A stretch of 63,265 bases of DNA, filler included. It is 4 parts of 4 records of this genome, joined end to end, with 100 filler letters (N's around TTAATTAATTAA, not from the genome) between each part and the next. Parts side by side here need not be neighbours in the genome. Positions count along the whole stretch, not along the records: positions 43,188 to 63,265 come from SRR22947725_1396; 3 more parts are not named here. The stretch is one strand, 5' to 3'. Made by a program: the position numbers and the translations under genes. This document shows positions 51,059-60,079 of this stretch, piece after piece. The notes beneath the pieces are model-generated. The model had not been told where the DNA came from. It did not search any database and saw only the letters and a list, made by a program, of their open reading frames with translations. Numbering within the stretch: the first letter of the stretch is position 1; every line of letters begins with the position of its first letter.

Positions 51059-52121
51059 ATTTCCAACTAGAACCAGATTCACTATCTTCGATTGCTATAT
51101 TCAGATTATCAAGTAAGTCACGAATCTCATCAGACTCGCTATATTTTTTTTCATTTCTAAATTTATTCCTTAACTCAATAATTCCTTGAACTGTACTATC
51201 GAAAAGTGTGGTGTAGGTCTGATTATTTTTCAATTCAAGATTTAATTTTGCTACTTCTTTTTTAAGTATGTTTAAATCAGTTTCATTACGCTTACCTTGC
51301 TTATTGCTTAAGTCAGTTTTTTCTGGCCTAGGGAGAATATCTTGTAAATCACCTAAAGGATACTCAATTCCTCCTCTAAAACTAGTTTGTCCCAACTTTG
51401 TAATTGTTGTAACCTCACCAATGCCTTGCACAGTAAAGGTCTTTTTAGATCCATCTATTACTAGGGCAGTATGTTCATCTATTCCCAATATATTCGTATA
51501 TTCAGAGGATAGAAGATTATTCAATCTGTTCCTTCCTATATAGCTACAACTAGTGTCATGATTCCCACCCTCCTGATTATTAAAATGTGGGACAATTGTA
51601 CAACTCAAACCATATAGATCTAATAAATTTAGACCTTTCTCCCAATAAGGATCCATACCAACTTTATATATCTCGTATACAGGAATTGACTTTTGCCCAA
51701 GGACAGAAGCTGCAGCACTTGAAAATACTGCATATTTTCCATTTCTAAGATGATTGGAAATAATGAGGGGAATTTCTGAATTTATCCATGTCTTAGATGC
51801 ATAGCTTGGACTACCTGGACCAGAAAATATGAAATTTGAATTTTTTAACTCTTCAAGCATTTCAAAATAATCAACAGAATCTATCGAGTCTTGAGTTCTT
51901 AAACTAGCTAGTTTGATATCGATTTGGACGCTTTTTTTAAAAAAAAGTTTTAATTTATCAACCAATACATCTGCATTTTCTTGAAAACCAAATGGAGTAT
52001 CAATTAAATATGCATTAACTTGGTTATCAATTTGCTTCACAAAATCTCTATGAACAGAGACAAGATTTGGACTTGTTTCTCCTGAGCCCATAATCGCAAT
52101 ACTGCCTTTAGCTACCTCCAT
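51048..52121 (-). CDS. Peptidase S51/cyanophycinase-like hydrolase fused to a CysRS-type C-terminal anticodon-binding domain
   Basis: MGSGE, FSGPGSP, FSSAAA, VPHF, LGIDEHTA; C-terminus ELRNKFRNEKKYSESDEIRDLL..L.I.IED...GSSW. Confidence 0.7.
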   Translation of the reverse strand: MEVAKGSIAIMGSGETSPNLVSVHRDFVKQIDNQVNAYLIDTPFGFQENADVLVDKLKLFFKKSVQIDIKLASLRTQDSIDSVDYFEMLEELKNSNFIFSGPGSPSYASKTWINSEIPLIISNHLRNGKYAVFSSAAASVLGQKSIPVYEIYKVGMDPYWEKGLNLLDLYGLSCTIVPHFNNQEGGNHDTSCSYIGRNRLNNLLSSEYTNILGIDEHTALVIDGSKKTFTVQGIGEVTTITKLGQTSFRGGIEYPLGDLQDILPRPEKTDLSNKQGKRNETDLNILKKEVAKLNLELKNNQTYTTLFDSTVQGIIELRNKFRNEKKYSESDEIRDLLDNLNIAIEDSESGSSWKFKD

Positions 52122-52173
52122 TTAATCTATTATAGGGATTTATTGAATCTTCTATAAAATGTATAATTAAACT

Positions 52174-53172
52174 ATGTTGAAGATTGTTATTAAGTTACTA
52201 GAAGTTTTTACTTTAGATTACATTCCAAGACTTCCTATATCTGTAAGAACAAGATTATTTTATATTATTCTTCCATTGAGAAAATATAGAGACAAAATTC
52301 GAATGAACAAACCAGTTAACCAAGTTACATATCAGGAGAGAGTTGAGTTTGCAAGAGTGTCAAGAGAAGGAATTAATTATTCCGGTATAAAACTAAATGA
52401 ATTCCATCCTGAAGTTGAGATTACAAAAATCACAAATGCGAAATTTAACACCCATAAACTTACTCCAAAGAATCCAAAAAGTGATGTTTATGGAATTTAT
52501 TTTCATGGAGGCGGTTATTACTCTGGAAGTGTAATCTCTCATAAAAATCTTCTATCTCAAATTACTGCTTCAACAAATATGGTGACATATATATTTGAGT
52601 ACAGACTTTCACCTGAAGCAGTTTTTCCAAGCGCTCATGATGATTCAAAAGAAATAGTCACATTTCTAGATAATCTTGAAGTAGGTAAAGATTCTATCTG
52701 GATTGGAGAGTCAGCTGGTGGTGGACTTGCTACTGGATTATGTGTGGATGACTCATTTAAACTAAGACCGAAGAAACTTATTTTGATGTCTCCCTGGCTT
52801 GATTTATCTAATAAGAATAAAGACAGAAATTATCTCAAAAATAAAGACATCCTAATTCTCCTTGATGGCATGCATATGATGGGAGAGTACTATGCAGGAG
52901 AACATGACCCTTCAAATCCAATTCTTTCTCCAGTTTTTGCTGATTTTAAAGAATTTCCAGATGTGTTAATTCAGGTTTGCTCCAACGAGCTACTTTATAA
53001 CGATGCAGTTGAATTTAGTAAAAAACTAGAGACCATAAATAGTAATTATGAATTACAGGTTTGGGATAACTTATGGCATGCTTGGCAATTTTTTCCTATA
53101 AAAGAAGCCGAAGATGCTCGAGAAAAAATAGTAAAGTTTGTTAACAGTGAGTCTTATTCCTCGTCTAAGTGA
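52174..53172 (+). CDS. Alpha/beta hydrolase (HSL-family esterase)
   Basis: FHGGGY, YRLSPE..FP, GESAGG, SPWLD, H.WQ. Confidence 0.88.
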   Translation: MLKIVIKLLEVFTLDYIPRLPISVRTRLFYIILPLRKYRDKIRMNKPVNQVTYQERVEFARVSREGINYSGIKLNEFHPEVEITKITNAKFNTHKLTPKNPKSDVYGIYFHGGGYYSGSVISHKNLLSQITASTNMVTYIFEYRLSPEAVFPSAHDDSKEIVTFLDNLEVGKDSIWIGESAGGGLATGLCVDDSFKLRPKKLILMSPWLDLSNKNKDRNYLKNKDILILLDGMHMMGEYYAGEHDPSNPILSPVFADFKEFPDVLIQVCSNELLYNDAVEFSKKLETINSNYELQVWDNLWHAWQFFPIKEAEDAREKIVKFVNSESYSSSK

Positions 53173-53900
53173 TGTAAAGCAAAGCCAAATGGAAGTTCTA
53201 AACGATTTTCTTTCATAATTTTATCGTTTGTAAGCAGTTCCTTGGTTACTCCATCCTGAGTTATAGATCCACCATTAACAACTATGCTTCGAGGACAGAT
53301 TTCTAGTGCCATTGGTAAATCATGTGTGACGAGTATTATTGAAATTTCCAGAGATAAAAGTATATCAATTAATTCTCTTCTTGATGAAGGATCAAGGTTA
53401 GAGCTAGGTTCATCAAGGACAAGTAATTGAGGTTTTGAAGCCAAAACACTAGCAATTGCAACTTTTCTTTTTTGGCCAAAACTTAAATGATGAGGTGCTT
53501 TATTTTGATATTTATTCATACCCACCATATTTAGCGCTTCGACGGCATTTTTCATACTAGCTTCATCTGAAAAGCCAAAATTTTTTGGTCCAAACATGAC
53601 ATCTTCTAAAACAGTAGGCATGAATAGCTGGTCATCGGGGTCTTGAAAAACAACACCAACTGTTTTTCTGATTTGAGCCAGATTATCTTCTATGAACTCC
53701 ATATTGTCTAACTTAATAGAACTGTCCATAGCTCCTAATATCCCATTTAAATGGAGAATCAAAGTAGTTTTGCCTGCCCCGTTTGGACCTAATATCCCTA
53801 ATGAGTCACCTTTATCAAGGTTAAAACTTATGCCATTTAGAGCTTTGTACCCATCAGGATATTCGTATGTTAAATTTGAAATTTCTAAATATTTACTCAT
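53154..53900 (-). CDS. cbiO: ECF transporter ATPase (Co/Ni type)
   Basis: GPNGAGKT, FQDPDDQLF, HHLSFGQK, LDEP. Confidence 0.9.
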   Translation of the reverse strand: MSKYLEISNLTYEYPDGYKALNGISFNLDKGDSLGILGPNGAGKTTLILHLNGILGAMDSSIKLDNMEFIEDNLAQIRKTVGVVFQDPDDQLFMPTVLEDVMFGPKNFGFSDEASMKNAVEALNMVGMNKYQNKAPHHLSFGQKRKVAIASVLASKPQLLVLDEPSSNLDPSSRRELIDILLSLEISIILVTHDLPMALEICPRSIVVNGGSITQDGVTKELLTNDKIMKENRLELPFGFALHHLDEE

Positions 53901-54664
53901 ATTTGTAGATCCATAATCAAAACTATTATTGATATAAGTGTGAGTAATACTAGGTAGTTTGAATTGTTATATTCTCTATCTTGGAGTTCAATGACTCCGT
54001 TAAATCCTCTTGAGATCATAGAGAGGTAAACCCTTTCTCCACGCTCATAACCCCTTATTAACATTGCTCCAGAAGCATAAGCGATTGGTAAAAGTGTCTT
54101 TATACCTTTTTCTATATAACCCCTAGATTGCATTGAAATTCTGACACGCTTAAATTCATCAATAAAAACATCTATATATCTTATAGAGAAGGACATTATT
54201 GCAATTATTATTGAAGGGAGTTTTAATTTTTGTAGACCGTATATAATTTCAATATTTGTTGTAACTGCAGTTAAAACAATTCCCATAGATACTCCAGCTG
54301 TAGCTTTAAAGAGAATTGCAGACATTTCCAGCAGACCTGTTTTATAAATATCTAAAGAAAAAAAAGTAAATACCGCATCATTATTACCACTGCTTAGAAA
54401 GGGGAGGAAGATAGCAAATAGTACAAATGGGATGTCGATGGTAAGACGTTTTAGATAAGTTTTAACTGGAATTCTGGAAAATTTAATTATAAGCAACACA
54501 ATGAGCGCATGAGAAATTATTTGAAAAGGATTTATAATTTTAGAAAAAGCAATAGAGACAACAATTAACAAAGTGGCGAGAATTTTAGATTGTGGGCTTA
54601 ATGTATAAAGTATTGATTCATCATGAAGGGAAAGATGGTGGGAGTGGGTTGTTTGCATATACAT
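53897..54664 (-). CDS. cbiQ: ECF transporter T component (Co/Ni type)
   Basis: RYI, MQSRG, RGERVY.SMISRG; ATGA overlap with cbiO. Confidence 0.88.
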   Translation of the reverse strand: MYMQTTHSHHLSLHDESILYTLSPQSKILATLLIVVSIAFSKIINPFQIISHALIVLLIIKFSRIPVKTYLKRLTIDIPFVLFAIFLPFLSSGNNDAVFTFFSLDIYKTGLLEMSAILFKATAGVSMGIVLTAVTTNIEIIYGLQKLKLPSIIIAIMSFSIRYIDVFIDEFKRVRISMQSRGYIEKGIKTLLPIAYASGAMLIRGYERGERVYLSMISRGFNGVIELQDREYNNSNYLVLLTLISIIVLIMDLQI

Positions 54665-54696
54665 ATCTTAATGCAAACAGTTTGCAAAAAGAATAA

Positions 54697-55107
54697 CTAT
54701 TTACAGTTTTCGCAGATTCCAGAGTAGATAAAATTATTGTTAATACTTTTAAATTTTGTTTCCTTCATTAATAATTTATTAATTTTTGTAAATGTTTCAA
54801 AGCTTATATCAATGATTCTTTCACAGCTCATACAAATTAAGTGCATGATATTCTCTTCATTTCGAAGGAAATAAATTCCTGAACCGTGTGCTCGGTGCAA
54901 GTGCGCTATTAATCCAATCTGTCCAAGTAATTCTAAAGTTCTATAAACTGTAGCAAGGTCAACTTCAGAGCTCTTCTTAGTTACTTTTTTGTACAATTCG
55001 TCAACCGTGAAGTGTGCATGCCCAGAATTTTCAAGAATTTCACAAATAAGCTCTCTTGATTTAGTAACCCTGTGACCCTTTTTCTTAATCTCGCCTATCA
55101 AGTTCAT
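54697..55107 (-). CDS. Fur-family metalloregulator
   Basis: RVTKSR, HFTVDELY, LATVYRTL, HLICMSC...CENC. Confidence 0.88.
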   Translation of the reverse strand: MNLIGEIKKKGHRVTKSRELICEILENSGHAHFTVDELYKKVTKKSSEVDLATVYRTLELLGQIGLIAHLHRAHGSGIYFLRNEENIMHLICMSCERIIDISFETFTKINKLLMKETKFKSINNNFIYSGICENCK

Positions 55108-55146
55108 ATTCAAAGTATAATTTACTTAACTACAAAAATTATTTAT

Positions 55147-55620
55147 ATGAAAAAATCAATTTTTAGAATACTCAATAGGTATAGCCTTATATATCTGCCA
55201 GTCGGTTGGATTGTTGGGTTGGCAATAATTTTTATAACATTTGAACCATTCGCTGTTCTTTATTTTTTAAGTTTTGTGGTTATTGGTGCTTTTTTTGGTT
55301 TATATTTATTTACTTCTAATAGGGGGCTGGTAATTGATGATCATAATTTTTCTGCAAGCAGGTTTACAATTATTGAGTTTTATTCAGACTATTGACTAGG
55401 TTGTAGTGCATCAAAATTCATAGTTAATGAGTTTAAAAAAAAGAAACCAGATATTCCTGTTGTTTCGGTGAATGCTTCAAAGAAGAATTACAATGACACA
55501 GTAGCAAAGTATAATTTGGAGTATACCCCAACCTATGTTCTTGTAGACAGAAATGCAGAATTGGTTTACAAAAGAGTTGGTAATTTTAAGTTAGAGAAGT
55601 TTGAATCCCTAACAACTTGA
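55147..55620 (+). CDS. Membrane-anchored thioredoxin-fold protein with in-frame UGA (UxxC); probable selenoprotein
   Basis: Read-through of TGA 55393-55395 gives ...IIEFYSDY-U-LGC-SASKFIVNEF...PVVSVN...KYNLEYTPTYVLVDRNAELVYKRVG..., 157 aa, ending flush against csaA. Confidence 0.8.
55414..55434 (+). promoter_or_regulatory. Candidate bacterial SECIS hairpin
   Basis: AAAUUCAU-AGUUA-AUGAGUUU (8 bp including one U-G); G at loop position 2; loop 26 nt after the UGA. Confidence 0.55.
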
Positions 55621-55956
55621 CTAAGCTATTTTATCTCCAATCGAAGCTTTGTCTTCTGGTGATATTAGATTGACTGTATTATCTTTTGAAATTGAGCCTA
55701 AAATTAAGCACTGACTTATAATTGGACCAATTTGTTTGTCTCCTAGGTTGATTACTGCGATACACTTTCTGCCAATTAAAGATTCTTTTTTGTAATTTGT
55801 AATTTGAGCACTTGTTTTTTTAATCCCAATATTCTCACCAAAATTTATCTCAAGAACGTAGGAGGGATTCATAGCTTCAGGAAAATCTTGTACGTCTATT
55901 ATTTCACCAACTCTTATATCAAGTGAAGCGAAATTATTTAAGTTTTCTTTAACCAT
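55621..55956 (-). CDS. csaA: tRNA-binding/chaperone protein CsaA
   Basis: LDIRVG.I, FPEA..PSY.L.INFG..IG.K.TSAQIT.Y, NLG.KQIG. Confidence 0.9.
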   Translation of the reverse strand: MVKENLNNFASLDIRVGEIIDVQDFPEAMNPSYVLEINFGENIGIKKTSAQITNYKKESLIGRKCIAVINLGDKQIGPIISQCLILGSISKDNTVNLISPEDKASIGDKIA

Positions 55957-55984
55957 AACTCAAAGTTAATTACATAATTAAATT

Positions 55985-56524
55985 ATGTCAAAAGTATTAC
56001 TTTTATCAGCTGGGTCCACCAACACGTCAGGTAATAAAAAAGCTGCTGAATACACTAAGAAGTATTTGAAGCAAAAAGAAATAGTATCCTATTTATATGA
56101 CGATTTATATAGTGAAATACCTTTTATACTAGAGGGTGGTTCAGAGCAACCAGAAAAAATAATACAAATTAGAGATACTTTAGTAAGTTGTAATCATTTA
56201 ATAATTTTTAGTCCAGTATTTAATGGTGGTTACGCTTCACATCTTAAAAATACTTTAGATTGGCTGTCATTAGCATTTGATGATTATAAATATAATGAAT
56301 TATTCAAAAACAAAAAAGCAGCAATTGTGTCTGCCGTCCTTGGAAAAGGTGGAAACTCATACAATGCCTACAGTTCACTTTCTTCTCAACTCGAAAATTA
56401 TGGATTGAAAGTTTTCAAAGATTTTTATCTATTTTCAGCCAATAACAACTTAGAACAAAGACTCAGAGAAAATACACAAATTAAGGAATTTAATAATTTT
56501 TTAGATGACTATTTAAAAAATTAG
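55985..56524 (+). CDS. NADPH-dependent FMN reductase family protein
   Basis: GS...S.N, SPVFNGGY...LKNTLDWLS. Confidence 0.82.
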   Translation: MSKVLLLSAGSTNTSGNKKAAEYTKKYLKQKEIVSYLYDDLYSEIPFILEGGSEQPEKIIQIRDTLVSCNHLIIFSPVFNGGYASHLKNTLDWLSLAFDDYKYNELFKNKKAAIVSAVLGKGGNSYNAYSSLSSQLENYGLKVFKDFYLFSANNNLEQRLRENTQIKEFNNFLDDYLKN

Positions 56525-57238
56525 TCGCTCATTCACCCTTTGATAAAGTAATTCTGTAAGTTCATCAACTTCATAATTTTGAATATCGGTAATCGGGTCT
56601 AATATTTCAATATCGATTTTTCCAGATTTCAACCACACACCACCCTTAACCATTAAATCATGGGCATTATGGGTTACAACAGGAACAATTGGTAAATTAA
56701 ATTGTTTAGCTATATGTGCTGCACCTTTTTTAAAAGGGAGTAAAGTTTTCTGATTACTCCTAGTTCCCTCAGGAAAAATCATAATAGAGTTTTTGTCATC
56801 AATGACTCTCTGGATTGAGTCATTGATTTTAGGAAGATTAATTTGAGCTCTCTTTCTATCAATTCTTGGAAGTCCAAGAAGTTTTAAAACACGGCTTAGG
56901 AGGGGAATTCTAAATAGTTCAGTTTTAGTAAGAAATCTAATTGAAACTGGAAGTGCTGTGATATGCGTAAAAATATCTAAAGTTGAGGGATGGTTTGAAA
57001 TTACAACATAACTTTTAGTAGTTTCTATCTTTTCAACTCCTGAAACTTTTAAGTTTATTCCAGCTACTTTAAGTCCAGACAGTCCAAAGAAGTTATAAAG
57101 CTTAGTTGCTAGGTATTTTCCATTTGGCAGAAATGAGACAAAAATAATTGTAATTAATAGCAAAATAAAAAACACTATGTAAAGAGGAAGTAATATAAAT
57201 GTCCTCAATCGATCTTTAGAAGAAAGCTGAACACTCAT
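56513..57238 (-). CDS. plsC: 1-acyl-sn-glycerol-3-phosphate acyltransferase
   Basis: SNHPSTLD, FLTKTEL, FPEGTRS, PFKKGA. Confidence 0.9.
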   Translation of the reverse strand: MSVQLSSKDRLRTFILLPLYIVFFILLLITIIFVSFLPNGKYLATKLYNFFGLSGLKVAGINLKVSGVEKIETTKSYVVISNHPSTLDIFTHITALPVSIRFLTKTELFRIPLLSRVLKLLGLPRIDRKRAQINLPKINDSIQRVIDDKNSIMIFPEGTRSNQKTLLPFKKGAAHIAKQFNLPIVPVVTHNAHDLMVKGGVWLKSGKIDIEILDPITDIQNYEVDELTELLYQRVNERLIF

Positions 57239-57285
57239 AAATATATGATATACAAGATTTTTATTTTTTTAGAGATTTTTAATTG

Positions 57286-57864
57286 TCACCTTAAATCAAA
57301 ATACGGAATTACTAACTGTACTACAGGTCCAATTGATACAGCTATTACTACTGAAGATAAGCCAACAGTACCTCCTAAAAGCCAGCCTAAACCTAAAGCC
57401 GTTACTTCAATTATGTTCCTAGCCATCCCAATTTTTAAACCCCTACTTTCAAGACCAACCATAACACCATCCCTAGGACCTGAACCCATATCTGCTCCAA
57501 CATAAATTGCTGTACCAGAACCAATGCAAATAATTCCTATAATTACAAGCACCCATTTAACAATTAAACTCTCAGAATCAATTCCGAGGCTAATTACTAG
57601 ATCTGCAACTGTGCCAATCCAGAAAATATCAACGAAAGTTGCAATTCCTGGTTTTTGCTTCAGGGGTATCCAAAGAAGGGTGACAAAAATTCCTGTAGCA
57701 ATTATTGCACTTCCAAAAGATAGGGTTGTATTCATTGAAATACCCTCATGAAACACACCCCAAGGTCCAAGGCCTAATCTAGAAGAAAAATTTAGAGCTA
57801 CACCGGTGCCAATTAGGGTTGTTCCAACAAATACTTGAATTAGTTTTCTTGAAGTTAAAGCCAT
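57286..57864 (-). CDS. YczE/YyaS/YitT family membrane protein
   Basis: LGLGPW.VFHEG, KPGIAT, GSGPRDG, LGG.VG. Confidence 0.85.
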   Translation of the reverse strand: MALTSRKLIQVFVGTTLIGTGVALNFSSRLGLGPWGVFHEGISMNTTLSFGSAIIATGIFVTLLWIPLKQKPGIATFVDIFWIGTVADLVISLGIDSESLIVKWVLVIIGIICIGSGTAIYVGADMGSGPRDGVMVGLESRGLKIGMARNIIEVTALGLGWLLGGTVGLSSVVIAVSIGPVVQLVIPYFDLR

Positions 57865-57914
57865 ATAACAATGTAACATTTATTTCTTGCAACGAAGAGT
57901 ACTACAATAAAAAT

Positions 57915-58622
57915 ATGAAAAAAATATTACCTTTTCTTTTATTGCTTTCTTTCTGTACCGCAGACAGCTCAGAGTCCTTGCTAGACATAGAAGACAGTCC
58001 TAATAGTTCTATGTCAGAGGAACCTGTTCAGACATCTACAAGTACATCTATTGAGGTAACTCAGCTTGAGTCCTTTGAAGAGGCAGTATATAAGGTGAAT
58101 AAAGAAATGAGCTCTGTTAGTTACTTAGCTCCAAAGCAGTTCTTAAATGCAAATCTAGAAATCGTTGAGGGAGTTACTAGAGAAATTTCTGGGGAATTCA
58201 GAATCACATTAGGTGACTGTGATTCTGCAGACTCTTGTCTGCAGGTTAGAGATTTAATTATATCTGCAGACTTAACTACGTTAAAAAGTGGTAGCAGCAT
58301 TAGAGATGGTGCAATTCAAAATAATTGGCTGGAGTCAAAACTCTTCCCCGAAGCAATTTATACAGTAGATGAAATTGTATTTCCTAACAACAACTTTGAT
58401 TCAAAAATAGATGAGACAATTGTTGGCATTTTAACTGTAAGAAATATTGAAGTAAATGTTCCTTTTTCAATAACTGCATACATGGAAAATGAGATTATAT
58501 ACGTCTCTGGTATTACTGAAATTGACACAACTTGGTTTGGATTTGATGCTCCAACTAAATTTAATGCTTGGGAGGTTCTAAATCCCATAGGTATAAAAAT
58601 ATCTATTGTTGCAGAAAAATAA
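57915..58622 (+). CDS. YceI-like lipoprotein
   Basis: Lipobox LSFC; DL.TLKSG...RD.....WLE...FP.A.Y, G.LTVR, FG...P; start ATG 57915. Confidence 0.78.
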   Translation: MKKILPFLLLLSFCTADSSESLLDIEDSPNSSMSEEPVQTSTSTSIEVTQLESFEEAVYKVNKEMSSVSYLAPKQFLNANLEIVEGVTREISGEFRITLGDCDSADSCLQVRDLIISADLTTLKSGSSIRDGAIQNNWLESKLFPEAIYTVDEIVFPNNNFDSKIDETIVGILTVRNIEVNVPFSITAYMENEIIYVSGITEIDTTWFGFDAPTKFNAWEVLNPIGIKISIVAEK

Positions 58623-59142
58623 AATATTGAAACTGAAACTTAAATACAAAGAATTAAACATACAAAACGAATCAAAGAAAGAAAACTATGCAGCAGTTGC
58701 TATTTTGATATACGATGAAAAAGAAATTTTATTTATCAAACGGTCCAACGACATGCCAACTCACAAAGGACATATAGCTTTTCCAGGAGGAAAAAAAGAA
58801 ATAGATGATCTTAGTATCGTAGATACTGCCACTAGGGAAGCATCCGAAGAGTTATTGATTTCAAGAACTGATGTCCAACCCTTTGGACAACTAGACCCAG
58901 TTGATACTATAGAATTTAAAAATAAAGTATATCCAATTTTATGTAGCCTTTCTAAATTACCTACATCCTACAACAAATCAGAAGTCCAATCTGTATTTCT
59001 TGTTCCAATAGAGGAATTAAGAGACACCAATAATTGGCGTTTTAGAGGTGTCTATCCCCAAGATTGGGTATTCAAAATTGAGCAAGAAACGTTGTGGGGA
59101 GCAACTGCAAAAATTACTAGGGAATTATTAAGTTTAAGCTAA
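58606..59142 (+). CDS. Nudix CoA pyrophosphatase (NudL-like)
   Basis: AAV.I, HKGHIAFPGGK...TATREASEE, LWGATA; start uncertain. Confidence 0.85.
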   Translation: MLQKNKILKLKLKYKELNIQNESKKENYAAVAILIYDEKEILFIKRSNDMPTHKGHIAFPGGKKEIDDLSIVDTATREASEELLISRTDVQPFGQLDPVDTIEFKNKVYPILCSLSKLPTSYNKSEVQSVFLVPIEELRDTNNWRFRGVYPQDWVFKIEQETLWGATAKITRELLSLS

Positions 59143-60021
59143 TCCCTTGGATTCTCCTTTTACAGCAATATAAAGAGATGCAAATATCATGATTAACGTA
59201 AAATAGAAAATATTATTCACTACTTCATCTAAGAAAATATAACCAAGAGAAATACCAAACAAAGGAACAACATAATCGACCAATGAAGTAAAAGTTGCGG
59301 ACAATCTTTTGATGGTATAGAAGAATAGGGAATAGTTAAATATATCAATAAACACAAGCCCCAACAGCTGATAAACCTCCATGAGGGATAATATTTGAAA
59401 TTTTCCTCCAAGAATAAAAAATAATATTATCGAAAGGATGCTTCCAAACAACCATTGAGTGAGTAAGTATGTTTTGGCTGGAATGTATTGAGAATCTTTT
59501 TTATTTGTTATATTCGCTATAGCTAGCCCCTGGACTCCAATCAAAGCTAAAGTACCTCCTAAAATTAAATTTCCATCGTTGGATAGTCCCGTAGCTCCAG
59601 AAGTAAAAAGTGCGGCAAGCCCAAGTAGACCAACTAGAACTGATACAATTTTTGTCCGAGTTATTTTTTCTTCTTTGTAGAAAAAATAGACCCAAAATAT
59701 AGTGAACATTGGTATGGTCGAAATGAAAATACTTTGTAAACCAGCAGAAATATTTTTTAACGCATAAATAAATGTCCAACCCGGAATAAATATTGCTAAG
59801 AAGCCTGTCCAACTTCCTTTTAAAAAAAACTCTAATTTAATTTCTGATTTAAATTCAGTAAAACAATAGAAGCTCAACAATAAAGTAACCAAAGTTATTC
59901 GTGCTGTCACAATATAAATTTCGTTTACTCCACCCAGCAACAAACTACGATTAAAAAGACCGTGAAATCCAAAGAGAAAGCCAATTAAAATAATATTTCT
60001 CAATCCCAAATAAGGAGACAT
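59134..60021 (-). CDS. EamA/DMT family transporter
   Basis: About 10 hydrophobic helices in two repeats; P.F...LG..FL.E. Confidence 0.82.
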   Translation of the reverse strand: MSPYLGLRNIILIGFLFGFHGLFNRSLLLGGVNEIYIVTARITLVTLLLSFYCFTEFKSEIKLEFFLKGSWTGFLAIFIPGWTFIYALKNISAGLQSIFISTIPMFTIFWVYFFYKEEKITRTKIVSVLVGLLGLAALFTSGATGLSNDGNLILGGTLALIGVQGLAIANITNKKDSQYIPAKTYLLTQWLFGSILSIILFFILGGKFQILSLMEVYQLLGLVFIDIFNYSLFFYTIKRLSATFTSLVDYVVPLFGISLGYIFLDEVVNNIFYFTLIMIFASLYIAVKGESKGLA

Positions 60022-60079
60022 AGAATATTGAGATTTGATAAGCTACTCCAACTTCATTTAAGTTATTAGAATAGCAGGT

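Noticed and set aside
57245-57751. Plus-strand ORFs 57245-57505 and 57524-57751, and similar short ORFs nested in mfd, glmM, trpE, ilvE and moeA
   Set aside because: Shadow frames of well-supported genes with no recognisable motifs.
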